Shown piece by piece: positions 56,901-64,000 of a DNA stretch of 64,000 nt (position 1 is the stretch's first letter; each line of letters opens with the position of its first letter). Both the position numbers and the translations under genes were made by a program. The stretch comes from a virus. The stretch lies in the IMG/VR virus record IMGVR_UViG_3300027970_000006; one strand, given 5' to 3'. The notes under the pieces were generated by a model. It ran no database searches and was not told the DNA's origin. It was given only the letters and a program-made list of their open reading frames with translations.

Positions 56901-59079
56901 AACCGTTATACCTCAAACAAGAGCAATTGCAACAGCCACAACACAAACAAACGATATTAGTGTTGCAAATTCAAGCGGGGGAGATGTGTTATCGGCAAGT
57001 ATTAATTGTACCGTTAATAGTTTTGCTGTAACCGCAAATGGAACAAAAATCCCTGACCAAACAACGCCAACTGAGGCACAATGGTATAGTGTTCCGGCTA
57101 TGGCATGTAGACGAGTTGTAATACAAAAAATTACTGCAGTAATACCACCAAATCCTGTTACACCTCCACCACCTGTTGTATCGCCACCAAAAGAAGAAAA
57201 TAATACACAAAACATTTTAACGGCAACAACTCAAAGTATTAAACCTGAACCTAAAATTACTGTTGAACAAAAAGTTAGAGAAGGAATATCAAAAAAGATA
57301 TTAAGAAATCTTTTTACCGAATGTGATTATTTTGAAATTATTAAAGAAACAGACCCGATGGTTTTTGACACAATAAAAGATAAGATTAAGTTTTTTAGCC
57401 CTGCGTTTCACTCAATGACACCCGAAGGTTTAAATTCAAGATTAACATTTTTACAACAATGTACAAGACCTGGTCAAACAATACCAATTATTGGTCCTGA
57501 TGGTAGACCAAAATACAATGACGCTTTAAATACATCATTTGGTGCACCACCAATTTTAGTATTGAGAATTGGTGACTTTTATCATACTAAAATTGTACCA
57601 ACCTCATTAGGGGTAACATATGAACCACTTAGTTTAGATCTAAACCCCGAAGGAATAGGAGTCCAACCAATGATGGCGAACATATCACTTAGTTTTAATA
57701 TTATTGGAGGAATGGGATTAAAAGAACCAGTTCAAGAACTTCAAAACGCTTTATCTTTTAATTATTATGCAAATACTGAAATTTATGATGAAAGAGCGGT
57801 ATCAACTTATGACACAAGTAAATTAGATAATTATGTTGTTGAAAAGATTACAGGAGGACTTCCACCTGTAAGCCAAGGACAACAGGTACAGATTAATAGT
57901 GTGCAACCTAAAAAAGGAGGAAGCACCGTTGGAAGTATTGTGGATACCACCACAATGGATTATTCAGGGTTATATGATTCACTACAAACCAAATTACAAG
58001 AATATTTCAAAGCGTACTACGATTCAATAAATAAGACCACAACGGATTATTCGTATGGCGCAACACTTATGGCGATAAAAAATAAAAACTATACTGAAGG
58101 AGAATTATCACCATTTACAAATGAAAAAGTTGACACAATTCTTTATGGTAAATCAAATGATTATCAAGAATTTATTGATAAGTTGGTAAAAGAAGTTGAA
58201 AAAGATATTGATCAGGGAGATAACCCTATTTTAAAAACCGTAAGCGACAGGAGTGGTGGTATTACTGGCAAACAAAAAAGAGAATTACAAGAAAAATTAA
58301 AAACACAAGTATCAAAAGGTCAAACCGATATTGGAAATGCGATATTAAATAATTATACAAACATACTTAATGTTGAAACAGATCTTAATTATATCTTTAG
58401 ACAACTTGATGTTGTTGCATCAAAATTAGATGGTAGTTTATTAAACACTAACGAACCTGTTTTATATGATTTAAGTGGTAATACATTTTTTGACCCAACA
58501 GAAAATAGCGGGTCTATTTTTGATATTTACACAATTAAAATGCCAAAAATAATTAAAGACTTTAATGAATTACTAATAAATAAAGATTTTAATGAAGAAT
58601 TTTATAAAAAATCAAATTCAACATTAGACAATGGAAATGGGTGTTCGTTTGTTGTTGGAAATAATCAGTCATATTTAATTAATTGCCCAACTAATAGATA
58701 TTATACATTAATGACACCATATTTCTTGAACTCTGAAAAATATCAAAATATGGTAAACGAGTTAATTGGTGGTACAGAAGTTAAATCAGATACTAAAGGA
58801 TTATCAGAACAAATAACCGCAGCTTGTTTGGATTTAAAGAGTGAGTTTGAATCTTTTCAAAAATTTTGGACAGATCAGTTAAAAAGTATTGCTGATGATC
58901 AAAGATATAAAGACGCAACATCATGGAAAATTCCTGACAACGCTGTTAAAACATGTTCATATATAACACCAGCCGAAGGAGATATAAACCAAAAAACCAA
59001 AAGGATAAAAGACCTATATTCAAATGTTAATTTGAATGATAAAACCAAAACCTTTAATGGAAAAGTAACATTTAATTAA
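53986..59079 (+). CDS. Large baseplate/tail protein with an internal OmpA-like domain
   Basis: MWFPPY..FSD, FLGRSEPIYTY, PPILVLRIGDFY; FYFEND...GSASA...YNVKLSERRNDSV...CRRV. Confidence 0.6.
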   Translation: MAESFLSFGNSETFRKQLLVRNLIPYGVPGAYTSPSNPINYETNLTVSNVVDSPNNFVSTNLFANDLYPLNEYGPEGGFSNPIGINSLASTSNPEGTNQGPYQPNDTVLDVVNEFYIETAFVTNKWGPSGGYKDLIVITDIQNNGNIYQPYWDPGYYSYSSYPTFNIVFQNDPVGSNGPLSSDSFIAQIGASQLKFAFNERVAQEIQQATIGVINLDTISDPFSASLLATGQQPFFIRDWKITVPENPALAAISLANRLTGTYFPVSFIPGDYFDDDNPINKPQTEAALGVANSLTGGLLAPIMNKYRNPSEIFVANTGNGQRSALFSALDYNLYRPAYNRGVIGGLIANASAAVNRLFDQDKAQSSGYYVGSENAEPSQIDGPPNQLPVNQFGVQQQSIVYGPQELGILYEGNEEKIKFGFKGKSYTDGGGTSGQLVWTSPKYKPNAGFRATEGGGAGSLDDEFNQISADYLQYQSTDIEFKPGSILYETQQLVNSADQVQGQTRLKHVGTAINQVSKVFNDGYKELTKGSRVLSYVNQADGTQAGLEYCRVFQKDTPYYTYADLQKTDGITTAGRRADYSILDNTYNLNIAPLRNPGSTNIVDGKVKKYMFSIENLAWRTSDRPGYTYDDLPVCEKGANGGRVMWFPPYNLKFSDDSKPDFNTTSFLGRSEPIYTYKNTSRSGQLSWTIIVDNPAMLNTIIEKQMKGVARERIQSVVDSFFAGCTKYDMYELGIKFNTIPTKDLYTYQQILNNPRLTSEEQVQVLQSIPADQNNSNSNNSEGADPLQNATAQGNQTQDNTPPDYNWSSYEGLGFYFENDVPGGPNGTKPGENKTLGTSASNFDVYYNQYIGLKSTYNSKAPQNVNSNGEIFKKAAIPNFFTDVIEGNFNTVQNDLMKQIDDVLVKRVGSITLEMLGSASAPQEKAYNVKLSERRNDSVKKWFLAYKLSDGKTIQEYGDKFKMTLNSQGEETVIPQTRAIATATTQTNDISVANSSGGDVLSASINCTVNSFAVTANGTKIPDQTTPTEAQWYSVPAMACRRVVIQKITAVIPPNPVTPPPPVVSPPKEENNTQNILTATTQSIKPEPKITVEQKVREGISKKILRNLFTECDYFEIIKETDPMVFDTIKDKIKFFSPAFHSMTPEGLNSRLTFLQQCTRPGQTIPIIGPDGRPKYNDALNTSFGAPPILVLRIGDFYHTKIVPTSLGVTYEPLSLDLNPEGIGVQPMMANISLSFNIIGGMGLKEPVQELQNALSFNYYANTEIYDERAVSTYDTSKLDNYVVEKITGGLPPVSQGQQVQINSVQPKKGGSTVGSIVDTTTMDYSGLYDSLQTKLQEYFKAYYDSINKTTTDYSYGATLMAIKNKNYTEGELSPFTNEKVDTILYGKSNDYQEFIDKLVKEVEKDIDQGDNPILKTVSDRSGGITGKQKRELQEKLKTQVSKGQTDIGNAILNNYTNILNVETDLNYIFRQLDVVASKLDGSLLNTNEPVLYDLSGNTFFDPTENSGSIFDIYTIKMPKIIKDFNELLINKDFNEEFYKKSNSTLDNGNGCSFVVGNNQSYLINCPTNRYYTLMTPYFLNSEKYQNMVNELIGGTEVKSDTKGLSEQITAACLDLKSEFESFQKFWTDQLKSIADDQRYKDATSWKIPDNAVKTCSYITPAEGDINQKTKRIKDLYSNVNLNDKTKTFNGKVTFN

Positions 59080-59081
59080 AT

Positions 59082-59405
59082 ATGGGATTACAATATTGGA
59101 ATAGATATACTGACTTTTTGATAAATGGACAACAAACCGTTGTTCCGTATATTCAATTACCAGCAAAATCATCAGATAAAAATTACATATACATTATTGG
59201 GCAATCTAGATTAGATAAAATTTCACAACAATTTTACGGTACGCCATATTTTGGTTGGTTAATACAGGTTGCAAATCCTCAGTACTCAGGAAGCGAATTC
59301 GCGATTCCAGATGGTGCTGTATTGACTATTCCATTTCCTTTAGTAGCTTCATTACAAGATTATAAAAATTCTTACGAAAATTATTTCTTCTATTATGGTA
59401 GATAA
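59082..59405 (+). CDS. LysM-like / gp53-like baseplate wedge protein
   Basis: RLDKISQQFYGTPYFGWLIQVANP...IPDGAVLTIP. Confidence 0.75.
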   Translation: MGLQYWNRYTDFLINGQQTVVPYIQLPAKSSDKNYIYIIGQSRLDKISQQFYGTPYFGWLIQVANPQYSGSEFAIPDGAVLTIPFPLVASLQDYKNSYENYFFYYGR

Positions 59406-62400
59406 CCAAGAAAATATATTAGTTGAACTTGACTATGATAACATCAGCCTTATTGACCCTAACAAAGTTATTGATGAACAAGGTAATGTTAAAGATAGAT
59501 TAGTTAAACAAGAAGATCTGGTATATTATGCCAATCTTGAGTGTAATGTTTTACCAAGAACAAAACTAGCCGTTGGATCGGCAATGAATGACTCTCAAAG
59601 AACAATATCCGTTGCTAAAATTAATTTTTTAAATCCTGGAAATAAAACATTCATGGATACCGCATGGTCTGATGAGTTAACAGGTAAGGGAACATTGGAA
59701 GGTAAAGGTGTAAACCAACCAAGACAAACTGCGGTAAAAAATCCTAATCAAACAAATGATTATTATATAACACAAAATCTTTGGTCAAACGGAACACCGG
59801 GAGCGGTTGATAATGGATTTTTGGGTATGAAATCAATAAAAATGTCAATCGGAACCGACTTCTTACCTCAAATTGATGTTGAATTGGAAGATATTAAAGG
59901 GAGAGCTCTTTTTGAGGGAGGTAATAATTCCCCATACTCAGCGTTTTTCCAATTACCATACCCACAATTTACTTTAACACTAAAAGGGTATTATGGAAAG
60001 GCGATAAAATTTCCAATAATGCTTCAAACGTTCACATCAACATTTGATCCTGGCACACACAATTTTCAAATAAAGTTAAAATTTTATGGATATAAATACA
60101 CTCTTCTATCATATGTGAATTTTGGAGCTCTTATGGCAGTTCCACAAATGTATAGAAATGATGTAACACAAACACCTGTATCTAAAACACAAGGAAATCA
60201 AACGTCAAGTTCTCAAACCTCAACCACAACAACAAGTGTTAGTAGGGGATATCAAAAAATGAAAGAAGTATATTCTGATTATAAATCTAAAGGGTTAATT
60301 CCTGATGATTTTCCTGAAATTACATTAAATCAATTAAAATATAGATTACAAAAATTTATAGATGATGTTTTAAGTCAATTTGAAAAAGAAAATATGGGGG
60401 TTTTATCCGATATGACTTTGTATACAAATAATTTATTGGCATACCAACAAAAAATATTTTTATATGCAAACGCTTCTTGGTATGGTTCTTTTATGGATAA
60501 AGACAATCCTATTGTATTAAAACAAAATTCACAAAATGTTTACATCTTTAAAAAAGAGTTAGATGCGAATAAAAGATCTGACTCAATAACAAAATTAAAG
60601 GGAGATATTCAACAATATAATGACGTTTTAAATCAGAATGGGGTTTTTGGTATAAACGGTAAATATACCGTAGGAGGAATTACAACAAAATCAAATATTG
60701 ACGTTCCGATTAGTTTAGAAAAACTACAAAAAAAAATTACAATATCAGATATTGATTTTGTAAAAACATATACGGCGCAAAAAAACGCACCAAAAGGAAA
60801 CTATAAAGAATCTGATGATGTGATCGTACAATTTAAACAGACTATACAATCACAATTACTTGTCAATGATAATATCACTTATTTCTTTGAAGGACCAAAT
60901 TCGTTTATGAATATAACCGATAATATTGCAAAAACCGCATCAGAAACAAGAAAAAAAGTTGAAACAGAAATAACGGCAAGTTTATCTTCAAAATTCAACT
61001 CTCAAGGAAACGGGGGGTTAGGTTTTATTCCGTCAATAAGAAATATCTTGGCAGTTTTTTATTGTCAAGGAGAAACGTTTTTAAGATTATTAGACGAGGT
61101 TCATAAAAAGGCATGGGATCAAAGAGAAAATCAATATAGAAGAGCCGCCATTTTTGGTAATACGTCCACAGCACCAAGCGTTGATTTAAAAACATCAACA
61201 CAAAATAACGAACCAATTTATCCTTGGCCTCAAGTATTAAAAGAATCTGTTGGTGAAGATAATAAAGAAAAATTTGAAATAATTTATCCTGGAGATCAAA
61301 CGGTTGCAAATACATATAGAGCATATAGTCCTGAGGTTTGGCCAGAAGTTGAGTTTGTTGAACAATTTATTAAAGGATATACAGAAAGGCAGTTAAATAA
61401 CAATGACTCAAAAGTTTTTGAAGCTAATTTAAAACCTTTACGAATATCATTAAATGGTATTGATTTTCCAACAACAAATCAGATTTTCCAAAATAAAGAA
61501 GAGTCAAAATATTTTTATGAAATATATGAAAGATTATTATTAAACTCTTTTTATAGTAATTTTAATAGAAAAAGTGGATACCCATTGGGTATGTATGAAG
61601 TAGAATCTGAAGATGAGGCGATAAACATCATTCAAAGTTTAGGTGCCGATAATCCATTTTTAAGTAAAATATTAAAAGAATACCTTTTAGACTCAAATAA
61701 TTACGTTTCTTTTTTGAAACATATCTCAAATGAAGGACAAGGTGAAAGTTGGCAAACATTTATACGAGGGGAATTTGTAACACCATATATTAAAAACGAA
61801 GTTTCTAATCCAAACATATTACTTAATAGTGGAATTTTTAATTCATTAAAATCACAACCAGACGTTTCATTATCTAACCCAAAAAATTTAATCAATATCG
61901 GTAAATACTTAACGGGTAGCTCATCTTCAAATGAGTTTGATTTTATTGATACTTACCCATTACTTGATTTAAATTGGGATAAAAATAATTTGGCAAATGG
62001 TAAAAGTTTAAATAACGCAAAAGAAGCTTTTGATACAAAATTAGTTATACAATATAACAACATACATAAGACAATAACAAATTTTGGATTATCAACAACG
62101 GTAAATGATATTAGACCATTCACGTATTTTAACTTCCAAAATTTAAATGTAACACCTAATACAACAAGTTTAAAAACTTTTTATAATACTAGAACATACT
62201 CTAATCAACTGATAACTGAAGGTAATCTTTATTATAGTAATTATTCTAATTATCTTGACGCAAGTCAGACAACATCAATGTTAAACACACCTTATTTTAT
62301 AAACGCAATTCAAAAAGGGGTGTTTAATTTTAGATACAAACAAACCGATCTATATCCATATAAATTAGGGGCATATTTGTTTTTAAATAGTTTACCTTTA

Positions 62401-64000
62401 GCAACATTGAGAGAAAAATATGTGACAAATTCAGGTCAAGCAACTACTGATTTGGATTATATTTTAGCGACAATGAAAAAATTTGGTGCGGTTCATAAAT
62501 TACCATATTCTTGGATTTTAAAATATGGATCAATATGGCACAGATATAAAATATACAAAGAAACTGGTGTTGATATTTTAGATGAAGTTTGGAAAGATTT
62601 TAACTATAAAGAAAATTGGGATCCTGCAAATTCTGCAACAACATATTCATACAATCTTATAATAGATGGAACACCAAGAAATTTAATTTTAGATAACACA
62701 TCAGGAACACCACCATTAACAGACATTAATACAGGATTTTATCCACAATTGATGGATGATTTTAATGTCTTTTTACAAGGGTTAAAATTGTTTAGTGGTC
62801 AAACACAAGTAAGTGGGTCTTGTGTTAGTCAGAATATTACCGGTACTTGTGTGACCTATCAAGTTACAGGAACTTGCTCAACAACAGGAACAGGAATTAC
62901 AATTAATTCTATATCAAAAAATTATGTAAAAATTCCACACACAATTTATATTCCTTCATTAAATGCTAATATTTTATTAACAGGTCAAACATCTGGTACT
63001 ACAGGAGGAACAGGAAATTATACGACACCACTTAATTTTAACGCTGCCTTCACAAATTTACCATTTGTATTGGGTTCATTTGCGGATATAACTAACACAT
63101 CATCAACCCCAATTAAAGTTGGGAATATATTGAGTGGATCTACTTCTATATCTGTAATAACCGTACAAAGTATTTTTAGTGCATCAACAGGAACAACATC
63201 AATTTTTGAGGTTAGTAAAATTTCTGCAGAAACATTTAATTATACGGTTTTAAATCCGCCTCTACAGATAACCGCGATAGATTCAAATGTTATTTCGGGA
63301 GGAACAATATTAAACGGAGCATATTTAAATGGTAATGTTGTAATATCATCTCAAATATCTGGAACAACAGGTGGTGTTGGGTTATATTCCGTATCAACAA
63401 TACAACCACCAACAACAAGTCCATTTGTAGTTCAAGGTGCGTATGTTCAAGGAATTGGATCTTTGCAAATTCAAAGTTATTTAAATAATGGAAAATTGGC
63501 AATGTTAAACACAACTAACTCAACCATTTTTGAATTACCTGGATTTGATCCACAAACACCAACAAGAAGCATGAGAGTCAGTCCTTGGTCTGTAATTGTT
63601 AGTTCATCAACTCAACCTGATTTTTATTATGTCCTTCCATCTTTTGGGTCAAATGTTAATCAAGCGAAAGAAGAAGCATTTAAAAACGGAACTATGAAAG
63701 TTGAACTTTCAAACAACCCAGCGATGTTTAATGGATCTGTAAGATTATTTTGGAATGCACCACAATACGGATGGTTTGATAATTCAAAACTCAAAAAAAA
63801 TAATCCAGAAACATATCTTAAACAGATATTAAATGAACAAAAAGATCAACAAAACTTTTTAATAACTGGTGATGATACTGAATATACAAGTATTGAAGAA
63901 CTCTTCACAACTTTTAATACATCTGTGTTGGATAATTTTGAGTCTGAGTTTTTGAATTTTAGTAGATCTCTTTATGATTATGTTGATACGTTACCAAACC
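59395..64000 (+). CDS. Very large baseplate hub / tail-associated protein (partial, >1535 aa, not in the ORF track)
   Basis: ATG at 59395 (MVDNQENILVELDYDN...), frame appears open to the window end; GMKSI...PQIDVELEDIKGRALFE...FFQLPYPQFTLTLKGYYG. Confidence 0.75.
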   Translation, partial: MVDNQENILVELDYDNISLIDPNKVIDEQGNVKDRLVKQEDLVYYANLECNVLPRTKLAVGSAMNDSQRTISVAKINFLNPGNKTFMDTAWSDELTGKGTLEGKGVNQPRQTAVKNPNQTNDYYITQNLWSNGTPGAVDNGFLGMKSIKMSIGTDFLPQIDVELEDIKGRALFEGGNNSPYSAFFQLPYPQFTLTLKGYYGKAIKFPIMLQTFTSTFDPGTHNFQIKLKFYGYKYTLLSYVNFGALMAVPQMYRNDVTQTPVSKTQGNQTSSSQTSTTTTSVSRGYQKMKEVYSDYKSKGLIPDDFPEITLNQLKYRLQKFIDDVLSQFEKENMGVLSDMTLYTNNLLAYQQKIFLYANASWYGSFMDKDNPIVLKQNSQNVYIFKKELDANKRSDSITKLKGDIQQYNDVLNQNGVFGINGKYTVGGITTKSNIDVPISLEKLQKKITISDIDFVKTYTAQKNAPKGNYKESDDVIVQFKQTIQSQLLVNDNITYFFEGPNSFMNITDNIAKTASETRKKVETEITASLSSKFNSQGNGGLGFIPSIRNILAVFYCQGETFLRLLDEVHKKAWDQRENQYRRAAIFGNTSTAPSVDLKTSTQNNEPIYPWPQVLKESVGEDNKEKFEIIYPGDQTVANTYRAYSPEVWPEVEFVEQFIKGYTERQLNNNDSKVFEANLKPLRISLNGIDFPTTNQIFQNKEESKYFYEIYERLLLNSFYSNFNRKSGYPLGMYEVESEDEAINIIQSLGADNPFLSKILKEYLLDSNNYVSFLKHISNEGQGESWQTFIRGEFVTPYIKNEVSNPNILLNSGIFNSLKSQPDVSLSNPKNLINIGKYLTGSSSSNEFDFIDTYPLLDLNWDKNNLANGKSLNNAKEAFDTKLVIQYNNIHKTITNFGLSTTVNDIRPFTYFNFQNLNVTPNTTSLKTFYNTRTYSNQLITEGNLYYSNYSNYLDASQTTSMLNTPYFINAIQKGVFNFRYKQTDLYPYKLGAYLFLNSLPLATLREKYVTNSGQATTDLDYILATMKKFGAVHKLPYSWILKYGSIWHRYKIYKETGVDILDEVWKDFNYKENWDPANSATTYSYNLIIDGTPRNLILDNTSGTPPLTDINTGFYPQLMDDFNVFLQGLKLFSGQTQVSGSCVSQNITGTCVTYQVTGTCSTTGTGITINSISKNYVKIPHTIYIPSLNANILLTGQTSGTTGGTGNYTTPLNFNAAFTNLPFVLGSFADITNTSSTPIKVGNILSGSTSISVITVQSIFSASTGTTSIFEVSKISAETFNYTVLNPPLQITAIDSNVISGGTILNGAYLNGNVVISSQISGTTGGVGLYSVSTIQPPTTSPFVVQGAYVQGIGSLQIQSYLNNGKLAMLNTTNSTIFELPGFDPQTPTRSMRVSPWSVIVSSSTQPDFYYVLPSFGSNVNQAKEEAFKNGTMKVELSNNPAMFNGSVRLFWNAPQYGWFDNSKLKKNNPETYLKQILNEQKDQQNFLITGDDTEYTSIEELFTTFNTSVLDNFESEFLNFSRSLYDYVDTLPN

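Noticed and set aside
61025-63514. Short minus-strand ORFs in the last 3 kb
   Set aside because: Antisense to the continuous plus-strand frame starting at 59395.
46215-64000. Tailocin / extracellular contractile injection system
   Set aside because: Neck proteins, DNA polymerase and helicase indicate a complete phage, although capsid and terminase genes lie outside the window.

Overview
This AT-rich 64 kb window looks like part of a large lytic myovirus (contractile-tail, probably jumbo-class, phage) genome. No rRNA, tRNA, CRISPR array or integrase was seen. From left to right: (1) 1-10.7 kb, a minus-strand glycan-biosynthesis cluster (DegT aminotransferase, GT10, acyltransferase, SGNH, FkbM, cupin, GT11, GT25, GT2s, GT-B) with dUTPase, a PolB-type exonuclease and an HNH; (2) 10.8-34.5 kb, putative virion/accessory proteins full of Pro-Thr, Gly-Thr-Ser and coiled-coil repeats, interleaved with protein-glycosylation enzymes (Aah/TibC-like O-heptosyltransferase fusion, GT60 GlcNAc transferase, HtrL-like GT, DUF2827-like), a J-domain protein and a WYL-like protein; (3) family B DNA polymerase, a neck protein, a metallopeptidase-SOD fusion and an SNF2 helicase with a class 3 intein; (4) a tail module (neck, terminator, sheath, tube, chaperone with a probable +1 frameshift, tape measure, baseplate) running off the right edge. 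The main candidate novel system is phage-encoded mucin-like O-glycosylation of its own virion proteins, together with a self-contained fibre cassette at 17.4-23.4 kb that has a structured RNA leader. All family assignments come from motif recognition by eye; no database searches were run.
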